Origin: Eledone cirrhosa | Lineage: Eukaryota | DNA: 64,000 bases | Assembly (NCBI GenBank): GCA_964016885.1 | Contig: OZ024741.1 | Coordinates: 46,066,001-46,130,000, forward strand | Direction of reading: 5' to 3' | Shown here: positions 13,044 to 24,655 of the stretch, one piece after another | Layout: each line of letters opens with the position of its first letter | How positions within the stretch are numbered: the first letter of the stretch is position 1 | Notes under the pieces: model-generated | What the model was told of the DNA's origin: nothing | What the model saw: only the letters and a program-made list of their open reading frames with translations | Databases searched by the model: none | Position numbers and translations under genes: made by a program

Positions 13044-13421
13044 ATACCTTCCTGCCAGATTATTGAACGTATATACTTACCTTATGCATATTAACGGCTG
13101 AGTAGCCCAATTTGCATATCGAGTGGGTTAATCAGCCGGGTGCACCCAAAACGATAAACAGAAAAAATGAAACGAAATTTCATTTCACACTCTTAGTACG
13201 GCTGTTACTTAAATATAAGTATGTACACGTACATACATATATGTATACAGACGTACAGTAGTATGCATATATATATACATACATGCACACATATATATAT
13301 GTACGTATGGATTCACCAAAGATTTATTATAATGCTCGGTGTGTTTGTAAACAAACATCCTGTATTAAGCCGTACAGTGTCTAGCAACCATCGTTGCTCG
13401 TTTTTCAACACTGACAAAGGA

Positions 13422-13464
13422 ACGCTGTACTAGTTTCAAGCTTATTAGCTATCGTCAGCAACGT
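13422..13464 (-). ncRNA. Type I hammerhead ribozyme (family A2, second unit)
   Basis: Same motif as 13001-13043. Confidence 0.85.
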
Positions 13465-13619
13465 ATATCTTCCTGCCAGATTGTTGAACGTATATACTTA
13501 CCTTATGCATATTAACGGCTGAGTAGCCCAATTTGCATATCGAGTGGGTTATATATATATATATATTATGTGTGTATAAAGAGAGGAAGTATGAGAGAGA
13601 GTGGGGGAGAGCAAAGTTA

Positions 13620-15265
13620 CAGCATACATGAAGAACAATTGCAAAAACTGTTATTAGGTTCAGGCTTGTAAGAAATGGAAAAAAGAAATCTCTGAAACGT
13701 ATCGGGCGTTATTCCTTCATCAGAAAATTAACAAGAGTGGAACGGAGGTTAAGAGAGAAAGGAGATTATGGGAAAATGAGAAGATCCTCAGGAGGAGTTA
13801 ATTGGCCAAGCGTGTTGTAGTGGCAAACCTGCGGATCTATTAGGTATATGTGCGTCTATCTTTTCGCGGTTTATGGGTATCCATTATAGTATGTGAGGAT
13901 CCATTTGTGTTTTATTTGTGTATCAATCTTGTAGGTGTCTGGGGCGAGTGAATTGTTGCTGAATGTGTGGCTGTAATTACTAAAGAGCCTTCAATATGTA
14001 ATCATAGAAGGGCGGTGGATTGACAATATCGGTCGAGCGTTGGGCAATATGTTTTATGGCATAGAGTTACGCCTCTTTACGATCTGAGTTTTAAAAATCC
14101 TGCCGAGCTTAACCATGCTTTTCATCCTTTCGGGGTCGATAAGATAAAGTACCAGTAATACACTGGGGTCGAGTTAATAGACTTCCCCTCCCCAAAAATG
14201 GTTGGCCCCGTGCCTAAATCAGAAACCAATATGTAATCATACAGGTAACTACACTATATTATATAAAATACTTGGTAAACTGGCGAATACCTTCCTAAGT
14301 ACTCGGAATTTCCCGAAGCAAGTTAATCTTGCTTCGTTCGTCAGTGATCGGAAAGCCACCAGCAGTGATACTTCAGTAAATTAACTCGTGGAAAAACATC
14401 CCTCAGGATACGTGTAAAAATGCGTATGCACTATCACATACACACTTGGTATTCGTACATAAGCTTGTATGAATGGACACACACATACACATACACATGC
14501 ATACATCCACACTCGCGCACAAGATCTAGGGTTATAGTAAATTCTCTACTTGAATACACTTGCTTCTAGAGCTGCATTGTAGGTAGGAGTCACTTTGTCA
14601 AACATGTCTTTGCTAGATGAGAGGCTGCAGATTCTCCTGCTAATATTTTTCGCGAGATTCTTAAATACTATTGCGTTTAATGTCGGAAAGTCTACCGTTT
14701 GGTTTTTTAAGGGGCTTGTGTTGGTTATGTTTTAGGTTTAGAGTTACATCTAGGAAGTTGACAGTGATTAGATTAGAGTGTATAGATTTTTTAAGCTTAA
14801 AAATTTGAAAGTTTGTAAGACCTCAACATATATAGATCTGTGCCCAAATCGCACAGAACAATAGATGTTGCCTAGCGTGTTCAATATAGATATAGGCGAC
14901 TAAATAGCATACGTCCGCTCCATCAAACAACTCCATACTCACGTCGAAGGATCCACATAGGTCGGTCTTTTTTACCCATTCAGTGTCCTCTCTAAAGAGC
15001 AGCGTTCTTCTGAAGCACGTGTTTTTCCTGCGGTTTTTGATGTCTATAGGGCAGATGGTGCTAGCGAAATCTAATGCTCTCTCTAATAGGTCGTCAGAAA
15101 TCGAAGAGTAGAAGTCTACTAGTCTACTATATCCCATTTTATGAACCTGATATGTTTCTGTTGGCTGGTGTTGTTGAACCATCTAATTACTTTCAGCAAC
15201 CCACATCAGACAGCCGAAGAGCGAGAATTGTCCTTGTGTTTGTGTTTCTCTTACGCTTTCTAAAT
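13620..15265 (-). mobile_element. Decayed Penelope-like element (RT fragment plus 3' region with a degenerate HHR), interrupted by a SINE
   Basis: ORF 14823..15182 (FYSSISDDLLERALDFA...WVKK...FDVSMELFDGADVCYLV) resembles the PLE RT motifs FYPSI...MGSFDGAEVCELVG. Reverse complement near 13689-13727 reads CTGATGAAGG...CCCGATACGTTTC. Confidence 0.6.
14010..14240 (+). mobile_element. tRNA-derived SINE (major family in this window)
   Basis: GGCGGTGGATTG head and CTTTCATCCTT.CGGGGTCGATAA.ATAAAGTACCAG central domain shared by about ten copies. Confidence 0.75.
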
Positions 15266-15375
15266 AATTGTTTCTACTTTTGGCACAAGGCCGGCAATTA
15301 CCCAGTACATTACTGGTACTTTATTTTATCGACCCCGTATGGATGAAAGGCAAAGTTAACCTTGGCGGGATTTAA
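15265..15375 (-). mobile_element. SINE 3' fragment
   Basis: Reverse complement of the SINE central and 3' domain. Confidence 0.7.
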
Positions 15376-15398
15376 TTAACCACAGAGCGGATTTGTCA

Positions 15399-15470
<72 letters not shown>

Positions 15471-18344
15471 TATATAATTATATATGCTTATATATTTATA
15501 TATGTGAGTGTATGTGCGTGTGTGAGAGTGTGTGTGTGTTTGTATGTATGCATCACAGTTAGAAAATATTGCTAAGATTTGAAAATACATAGAAAACAAA
15601 TCCATATATTTGTTACACGAAGATAACACAATATTTGCAAAGAAATATCTAATATTGTCGGTTCCCCACTAACTCTTTTGCAGAAAGAAAAATAGAAAGC
15701 AGGTCAAAGTAAGGTATTGGCTCGATTTTGGTGTATTTAAAATATTTCGTTCAAATTATTTTCTTATTTCGCTTCAAGTTGTGTTTATTTTTTAAATATT
15801 TTATTTTAGTTTATTTTATTTTATTTTATTTTATTTTATTTTGGGTTTACAGCTGAATATTCTATGTTTTCCAGTTTAATATTATACTTTATATATCAAT
15901 AAAGTAACATGATAGACGCCATAAATTCAGCCTTCTTTGGAGTTTCTTGCGCAGTTTTTATTTTCAATACGACATATCTTTTTCTATCATAATTTAATAT
16001 ATATATATGTGCGTGTGTGTCTGTGTATCTGTGTGTGAGTGTGTGTATGTCTGTTTGTCTGTCTGCGTGTGTGTGTGTTGGTGTGTGTATGTGTCTGTCT
16101 GTGTGTCTGTGTGTCTGTGTCTGTGAGTGTGTGTCTGTGTGTGTTCGTAAATGTGTTTGTTCATTTGTTCAAATATTTAAATTTGATTTTTTATAAGCTT
16201 ACAACATGTGTACACACGCATGTCGTTGCATCATATAGGATTCGTCTGCATCCGCGTTCATTATATCACTACCACCACTCACTCAAACCTCCTTCCCGCT
16301 ACACATTTAGTTGGAGGCATGTGTGTTTGCAAGTGTATACGCGCACGCATATTCACCCCCTCAAACATCACACATCATAGACATACAAACTCCATGGCTC
16401 TTGCTTGAGGCTGCATGTGTGGTTGTATCTCCTGAGCATGCGGCTCTGTTCACGTGACTCCCAAAACCTGTGCTGAGGCGCCGTCTGTGGTGAATGTTTT
16501 GCAAACAGTTACTCTGCCCTCAAAACTTCCCGGTTCTAAGCCATTTCGCGCACGTAATGACTCCACACTTCGTAGTTCAGCCGTTTGCGGTTGTACCACC
16601 ATATCATTGTTTCTGAAACTAAGCAGTTTCTCTTCGTGCCAAACACTCAAAATGAAACAGGGCTGAGTCCTTCACTATGGATAGCATGAACTTCACAGTC
16701 TTTAGAGTCACTAATAATGAATTGGTAGAGGGACAGTGAATGAATTCGAAGAAAAGAACGAAAATGGACACCAATTTTGGAGAAGAATTATATGATAGTG
16801 ACGACATTGATGGATTCTCATGTTATATTCAGTCGTTCAAGCAATTTAATACATGTCCGACTCGTGAATTAGAATATCAGTTGTTGAGTCCAATGGGTGC
16901 CTGTACTCTTAATCTAATTCTCAGTCAGAATCTGAGCGACACAATTTGTGACTAGGCTGAACATTTGAATTACAGATGCAATCCAGCCGACAAGCTTCCA
17001 CAGAATCTTCCTCTACCCAATTTTTTCCCACGAGGCTTTGATCAAACCGAGGCTGTAACAAAGACACTTGAGTGAGTTGCCATGAAGAAGAATCGAATCC
17101 GGGACATCGTGATTGCAGATCAAACTTCTTAATCACTAAGCTATTGGAAAGTACCAATTTCAAATAGTAAATTACAAGTGTATGCTGGAAGGGTGTGAAA
17201 TTATTATATGCATCGTATGTGTATTTATTTCTATCAATCTTTTAATATGTTTGCCTTTATATATTAAAACATAACAGCGTTCATATATCATCATATGATT
17301 CTGTAAACCTTTTTGTAACATGAGGTTGTTTGTTTGTAAGGGCCATATGATAAATAAATAAAATCCATCGCTACTGATGCGCTGGCACGCGCTGTGGTTA
17401 ACACACCAGCAACAATTTTCTCGAGTAGTAGAACGACAATAACAAGAAAAGTGAAGGCCAGCCAGTGTCACTGCCTTTCTTTTGACACGTCTTTCCACAC
17501 AGCTTGTCTCCTTGACTGAGCAACAGTCATGAGCAAGATACTGACGGTGCTTTACCAGCTAGACAATCTGGTCAGCGACCGAAAAACAACGTTAGTAAAG
17601 GATATGAGTAGTAATGACCTGGGAGTCGCTCTAGGGTTCGACAAAGTCAGTCTGAACTGACTGTTCTGGAGGACTTACATATCGGGAATTATAGACAATT
17701 TCCAAATATCTTTAACATGGTAGTGCCACGTATGTATGTGTGTGTTTGTGTGTGTGTGTGTGTGGTGGGGGGGGGGGGTAATTCTTTGTTTGAGATATTC
17801 TCTACAAGCATAGATATGTCAACATTTAAACCTGCATGCCATCACCTAGTGTCCATGAATTGCGGACTTGTAGGCTTATATCGAGCAGCTGCTAACACGA
17901 ATATGAGAGACGCAGTTATCAGTCGAATTTATAGTGAAACTTTTACTGCCACCTTCCTTTAGAAGTGAAACACAATAAGTGTTTTTCTGCCTCATTGTTA
18001 TGGTGAAAGAAGCTGAGTGGTCGACAGGTGTGAAAGGACAGGAATCTTCCTCTCCGGCCAAACTCTCATGAACATCTTCAAGTAACACTTGAGGAGGAAA
18101 GTGAGGGCAGAGAGAGGAGTATTACATTCTAGTGCGTTTTAGGAAAGGTGTATGAGAGTTGCGAGATCGATCAGGCTGGATACTTTTCTAAGCAGGGTGA
18201 GAGAAAGCAGAAGAGGGCAGTTCCAATGCTCTTGCTGTGACAGAGGTTTTGTATATCGTTGTCCCTGGAATTACAGTAAGGGTTTACTAGTTTACTTTCG
18301 TTCTTCTTTTGTATTGTTAGCATTACACATTATTACAATTACTG

Positions 18345-18540
18345 TTGGGTGGTGTATTGGCAGTATCGGTAGAGGGTCCGACGCCATGCTTTGCAGCATA
18401 ATGTTACGGCCCTTTATGATCTGAGCTCAAATCCCGCCGAGGTTAACTTTGCCTTTCATCCTTACGGGGTCGATAAAATAAAGTACCAAATGCACTGAGA
18501 TAATTGCTGGCCTTGTGCCAAAAGTAGAAACAATTATTAC
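18345..18540 (+). mobile_element. tRNA-derived SINE
   Basis: Same family; A-box-like TGGCAGTATCGG and B-box-like GAGCTCAAATCCC. Confidence 0.8.
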
Positions 18541-18629
18541 GATTAGTGTTATTGGTATACTATTTTCCCTCTCTTAATATCTCATTTCATTTAATCGATA
18601 TAAAACAAACCCGTGTTGTTTATCGCCTT

Positions 18630-18660
<31 letters not shown>

Positions 18661-18944
18661 TTCTTCTTCTTCTTCTTCATTGCATCATGGTTTTTTTCAC
18701 TTGAGAGATGTAAACTAATTGACCATCAAGTCTGGTGACCTCAGATAGCCAGTACCTTTCGTAGGATATGGGCTGAGCCAAGAAGAGCAGATTTTTGCAG
18801 GCAGGAAATGTTAGGCTATATTCCAAGTTCTTCTCCTTTCTACTCTAATTTGTTTGGTATCGATCCCAGTGCACCAATAACAACAGAAATCACCTTTGCT
18901 GACACATTCCACAACCAAGCTGTTTCCACTCTCAACCCGGACAA

Positions 18945-19105
18945 CATGCTTTGCAGCATATAGTTACGGCCCTTTACGTTCTGAGTTCAAACCCCGCTGA
19001 TATTAACTTTGTCTTTCCTCTTTACTGGGTCGATAAAGTAGAGCACCAGTGATGCACTGGCGTCGATTTAATCGACTTTTCCCTCCCCCAAATTTACTGG
19101 CCTTA
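18945..19105 (+). mobile_element. SINE, 5'-truncated
   Basis: Same family. Confidence 0.7.
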
Positions 19106-19539
19106 CTCATTAGTCGTTCTGTTGCTTTATTTTCATATTCTCTGATTGTGGTAATAAAAATTATTTAGTAATACGCACTGCAGACATACCTAGTGACCTT
19201 TTGTTGTTGAGGTGAGATGTGAATAAATAACTATTAGTAACGAGAAAACTAAGTAAAAAAAATATATAAATAATTTTGAAGAAGTTGAAATTATTTTTTA
19301 AAATCTAGCAAGATAGAACATTTATCTGGAAGAATGAGAAAACAGAGCTAAATGTTATCAAAAAGTCTTTATTCAGGCAGAGACTTTGATAAGATTGTTT
19401 TTTAGTATAGTTGTTGTTGTTGTCGTAGTTGTTGTTGTTGTTGTTGTTGTATATAAACTGAATATGGATGTTGATGAGAATCATAGTAATAACAACAATA
19501 ATGATAATGAAGATATTAGTAGGCATAATCAAATAATTA

Positions 19540-19645
19540 ATTAATTGTTTCTACTTTTGGCACAAGGCCAGCAATTATCCCAGTGTATTACTGGTACTTT
19601 ATTTTATCGACCCCGTAAGGATGAAAGGCAAAGTTAACCTCGGAT
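19540..19645 (-). mobile_element. SINE 3' fragment
   Basis: Same family, reverse complement. Confidence 0.7.
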
Positions 19646-19825
19646 TAATTAATATTAGTAATCAAATGTTTATTGGCCACACAAGAGCCTATACACGCAG
19701 TAAAAATATCTTGTCACATTAAAGTTCTATAAAGTTCACACACGCGCGCGCACACACAATCATACACATACACGCGCACGCACACACACATACATAACCA
19801 CATACACACATACACACACACACAC

Positions 19826-19886
<61 letters not shown>

Positions 19887-20951
19887 TGGCTCTTATGAAC
19901 GCCAACCAGCGTGAAACAGACTGTCACCTCCTTCCGTCCTCCCCACTCGGACTCCCTGTCTCCTTCTCCTTCCCTCTCTTTTTTGTTGTTTTTGCTGCTG
20001 TTGGTGTGATAGCAGCCGTTGGTCGTACTACTAACACAGTCTCGTCCTACTTCAGCCAATCGTGTATATCCCCTTCTGCCTCGTCAGCAGTGAGAACAAT
20101 ATTTGCTCTAGGGTTCTTATATATTTGATATATATTTATCCTTATCGAGCCTCGTGAAATAAATACGTTTGTTTATATTTTGTTATTGTGTATGCAAAAA
20201 TATCTGTACACGAATATATATAAGCACTATTCCAAAGATTCACCACAACCTCTTTCCATAACATGGAACTGGGAAATTATAACACACATAACCCTATCAG
20301 AAGCCTATTAGTATAGATCATCTAACAGAAAATTGTATTACGGTTACGAAAAATATTTTAAATAAGCCTACTAGGTAAAAATTAAAAATGGTATCGCGGA
20401 CCACTCTGACTGGTCTGGCGGGGTGGATTGTGGGCGGCGGGCCGCTTGTTGCACGCCTGTGTTCTAGAGTGTGGAAATTCTGCCATACACTGTCGCATTT
20501 TTTCGTGTATACCTATACTATCTCCCTTCTATTGGTATTCCATAATGCCAGCACAACTTCTAATGCCAATGTAGGCAAGTAGTCAACTTAGCCATGTCTG
20601 AGGATATATTCTTTTTTGCGGAAAGAGTGAACAACAAGAGGACATGTGATTAACTGTTTCTTCCCCTTTTCCACATATTCTGATGTTAGTCTTGTATTCA
20701 GCTTCATTATTCTATTCAGTTCTTTTCAGGAGACGCCCTTTTGACGCCTTTCTCGCCATTTTTTTATCATGGTATTCTGGAGCCCTCTTTTTAGCTTGAA
20801 TTATTGAATTATAATCCACTTTTACAATTCCTGGTGTTGTTTCCCCTTTAGTTGGTAATTCTCTGTCATTTCACCTGTTTTGTGTTTGATGGCTTTCTTT
20901 GAAGATAGATAATAGCTCTTTTTTCTATTTATTCGTGTTTTCAAGCCAATC

Positions 20952-21028
<77 letters not shown>

Positions 21029-21056
21029 TATGTTTTTATATGTATATATACTAATG

Positions 21057-21125
<69 letters not shown>

Positions 21126-21416
21126 ACGTGTTTACGCAGTGACAGTATTTGTATTAATATCATTATTATTATTAGTTGTTGTTGTCGTTGTTGTTATGAG
21201 ACGTGAAAATGTTTTTGAAAGGCAGGTGCAGTTGTGAAGCTTCTAGAATAAATATTTGTAACTCCCAGTTAGCTTTCAGCTAGAAAAACAACTCTCAATG
21301 AAATAGAAAAACAAAACAAAAAAAAATGTATTGCTATTGAATAGAAATTCACGTTGTGAAGTGATTAGAAGGGACGTTAAAAGGATATGTGTGAGTGTGT
21401 GTGTGTGTGTGTGTGC

Positions 21417-21447
<31 letters not shown>

Positions 21448-21857
21448 CATGCATATGTATATATATATATATATATATACGTTGTTTTTCGCTAATTTCC
21501 AATAGCCGAAATACGATTCTCGCTAATTTATATTTGTATTAATCTCCAGAGTCTAGCTATTGACCAGTTAATTTTCTTGATTTTTTTTTAGTTAATTCTA
21601 TTGACTGATGAATAACTTTTGTTAATTTTAAAACCATTCTGTTGAGAACTTAATTCGTTTTGTGATATTTTGCAATTTTGCAATAACACACATACTGAAT
21701 TCATCCGCCAAAACTAAAGGTTGCCCCCCTTGTCGAGCCCCACGTGGGTTATGATAACGGTCAGTCCTTGGCTTGGCACTGAACTAAAAGCCTGTTGAGA
21801 AAGTGACTTCCTTGTTCGATCATCTTACCAAAAGCTTAACATTATTTGTCTAAGCAC

Positions 21858-22046
21858 GGCGGTGGATTGGCAGTATCAGTAGAGGATCGGACGCCATGCT
21901 TTGCAGCACAGTTATGTCCCTTTACGGACTGAGTTCAAATCCCGTCGAGGTTAACTTTGCCTTTCATCCTTACGGGGTCGATAAAATAAAGTACCAGTAA
22001 TGTACTGGGTAATTGCTGGCCTTGTGCCAAAAGTAGAAACAATTAC
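21858..22046 (+). mobile_element. tRNA-derived SINE, full length
   Basis: Same family; GAGTTCAAATCCC B-box. Confidence 0.8.
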
Positions 22047-22256
22047 TTGTCTAAGAAGACAGTACTTGATTTAGGAGTTGCAGAAACCCAAATGCTGGAT
22101 TTTACCAACCTTCCACTGGTCCGGGTATAATTTTCAATCATATTTTATTTGTTTGACCCGAATTACTTGGTCGTTTCTATAGCTGTGCGGATAATGGTTT
22201 AACCATCGTCTCAGTGTGTTTGGCCTTTTAACTTATGTTGTAGCTCTAGTTCATAG

Positions 22257-22909
22257 ACGATAAACGGAAAAAATGAATATAAAAACTGAGCATTATAATA
22301 AATGTTCGGTGAATCCATACGTACATATATATATGTGTGCATGTATGTATATATATATGCATACTACTGTAGGTATTTTAGGTCTTTATACATATATGTA
22401 TGTACGTATACATACTTATATTTAAGTAACAGCCGTACTAAGAGTGAGAAATGAAATTTCGTTTCATTTTTTCCGTTTATCGTTTTCGGTACCCCGGCCG
22501 ATTAACTCACTCGATATGCAAATTAGGCTGCTCAGCCGTTAATATGCATAAGGAAAGTATATACTTTCAGACGTTCAATCATCTGGCAGGAAGGTATACG
22601 TTGCTGACGATAGCTAATAAGCTTGAAACTAGTACAGCGTTCCTTTGTCAGTGTTGAACAAATAAGCAACGATGAATGCTAGACACTACGGCTTAATACG
22701 GGATGTTTGTTTACAAACACACCGAGCATTATAATAAATGTTCGGTGAATCCATACGTACATATATATATATGTGTGCATGTATGTATATATATATACAT
22801 ACTACTGTACGTTTGTATACATATATGTATGTACATATACATACTTATATTTAAGTAACAGCCGTACTAAGAGTGAGAAATGAAATTTCGTTTCATTTTT
22901 TCCGTTTAT
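22257..22909 (+). mobile_element. Retrozyme-like family A2: about 1.5 units (~425 bp) with a 21-bp inverted 5' arm
   Basis: Homologous to 12733-13550; 22257-22277 is the reverse complement of about 22463-22483; ends in (AT)n. Confidence 0.85.
22598..22640 (+). ncRNA. Type I hammerhead ribozyme (family A2)
   Basis: ACGTTG-CTGACGA-TAGCTAATAAGCTT-GAAA-CTAG-TA^CAGCGT. Confidence 0.85.
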
Positions 22910-23407
22910 ATATATGTATATATATATATATATACATATATAAAAGTGTCGAAGTCAGTGCTGCAACATGTGTACAAAATTTATTTCCACATTGCAATTA
23001 TTTTGATATCGATCAGCTCGGGGTACAATCACGGTGACGGGACCCGTCCCGTTTTCGGCATTTCATCAGATATGCGAGCTTATATATGCAAAGACACATC
23101 GAACAACGTACCGCCTGTAACTGTTGTTACATACCGAACTAACATATATGTAGATAAATAAATAGATATATTTCTTTATTAGCCACAGGGGCACAAAAGA
23201 AGGGGACAAATACAAAGGGGGAAGTTTACATACAATAAAAACGTGTAAAATGTTATCACAGATGGAATTTAAAAGTTAGTCGATTTTCCCCAATAGAGGG
23301 AGACAGTTTATATGGGTAACACATACCCCCGAAAAAAATGTGCAACCCTCATCTCCAGGAGTACGAAGAGCTTGTACTCCTTTCCTCTCCTCCTCCTTTT
23401 CCTCAAT

Positions 23408-24655
23408 CTACAGGCTGATATAGAGAGAAGGCCCATTCACTCGGGCCATTCTCGCCACTTTCACCCACCTTTCATAAAACTTGCTGGGGTACAGCACCTC
23501 TCTCTCCATCCTGATTCTTCTTCCAAAGTGGTATTTGAAAAAAAGAATCAGTTGTTGGCCGGAGAGAAAGGTGTCTGACCTCAGCCCTTTCAACCTTGTC
23601 CACCATACAACCTCTTTCGCCATAGCTATCACACAAAGGAAAACCGCCTCTCCTTCGTTTTTGAAGGAGGGTGGCGGTTTGATCATGACAATGGACTCGG
23701 TGGTCAACTGGATTGGTCCCACCCGCGACAATAGTCGTTCTACATATCCCCACAGGTCAGTGACGCCCGGGCAGTGTATGAATGCGTGCGCGACGGTTTC
23801 TTCGTCTCGCACGCACCTCGGACAGATCTTTTTTGCAGGGTCCCTGCCCGGGCGCCCATGTCTGTAGAGCTTGTCTCGAACTGGTAGAGCTCCTCGGTAG
23901 CACTGCCAGGCCAGGGACTTTTGGAAGTTGTCCATCGGTCCCGGGCGGAAGGTCCTACCGAACAGACTGGCCAGTTCATCTTCCTCCACGCCCAGAGTTT
24001 CACCGAGCGCGTCGTCGCACTTGCTGCGGACCAACCCTCTATAGAATGACGAAGTGGAGTCTCCACTGATCGCCGGGTCCGCCTGCCAGAGGGCTGTGAG
24101 CGCCTGAGCACATTCGATGTGCCAGTCGCCCATTTTCCTCGGTCTCTGCTTGACCCAGGACTGCAGCTCGGTCAGTGAGACGAGTCGTGGGAAGGCTCGC
24201 CTCACGAACGGGGCCCACACCGGTTGTCCGGTGAGGAATACGTAGAGATGCCGCAGCCTGAGCGCGTGTTTGCGCATCGTCAACCACGGCATCCCCAGCC
24301 CTCCGTTAGAAGGGTGTTGGCAGCAGATGGATCTTCTTACCAAAGGAGCCCGCCTCTTCCAAAGGAATCGGAAGAGGGCGCGCTCCATTTTGGCGAGCGT
24401 TTTGGCTGGACAAGGCACGACGGTCAAGCGGTAGTAGATGGCGGACGCTATAAAAGTGTTCGCCACCTCCGCTCGACCTTTCAAGGATAGTTTGCACTCG
24501 GCCCACTTCTGGGTGAGTGCAAACACCTTGGCCGTCACTTCGTTCCAGTTCTTCTCCACCTGGAGGTCCGGACCAAACCAGACCCCGAGCAGCTTTACCG
24601 GTCCTTCCGTCCAGCGTCCGACGACGCCATCGGAAGGCATCGGTCTGCCTCTGCA
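23408..24655 (-). CDS. Tx1 ORF2 C-terminal part (post-RT region and zinc-binding CPRC...ET..H...HC), variant A
   Basis: ORF 23408..24712: VKLLGVWF, LSLKGRA, GGLG, CPRCVRDEETVAHAFIHC. Confidence 0.85.
   Translation of the reverse strand, partial: CRGRPMPSDGVVGRWTEGPVKLLGVWFGPDLQVEKNWNEVTAKVFALTQKWAECKLSLKGRAEVANTFIASAIYYRLTVVPCPAKTLAKMERALFRFLWKRRAPLVRRSICCQHPSNGGLGMPWLTMRKHALRLRHLYVFLTGQPVWAPFVRRAFPRLVSLTELQSWVKQRPRKMGDWHIECAQALTALWQADPAISGDSTSSFYRGLVRSKCDDALGETLGVEEDELASLFGRTFRPGPMDNFQKSLAWQCYRGALPVRDKLYRHGRPGRDPAKKICPRCVRDEETVAHAFIHCPGVTDLWGYVERLLSRVGPIQLTTESIVMIKPPPSFKNEGEAVFLCVIAMAKEVVWWTRLKGLRSDTFLSGQQLILFFKYHFGRRIRMEREVLYPSKFYERWVKVARMARVNGPSLYISL

Larger units (their letters stand above)
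12733..13550 (-). mobile_element. Retrozyme-like family A array (variant A2): about 1.9 tandem 421-bp units
   Basis: Reverse-complement homolog of the 7.3-8.4 kb unit; two HHRs 421 bp apart; flanked by (TA)n. Confidence 0.85.

Noticed and set aside
13689-13727. Hammerhead in the decayed PLE
   Set aside because: GAAA is mutated to GATA and the stems are imperfect; used only as supporting evidence for the PLE remnant.
16380-18100. Possible host exons in GC-richer unique sequence
   Set aside because: No recognisable protein motif or consistent splice and frame evidence.
21715-21830. Possible HDV-like ribozyme (GCCCCACGTGGG)
   Set aside because: Could not build the nested double pseudoknot by eye.
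22990-23078. Minus-strand CTGATGA...GAAAACGGGA cggg TCCCGTC
   Set aside because: No proper stem II, an extra A in the core and a weak stem I; not called as a ribozyme.
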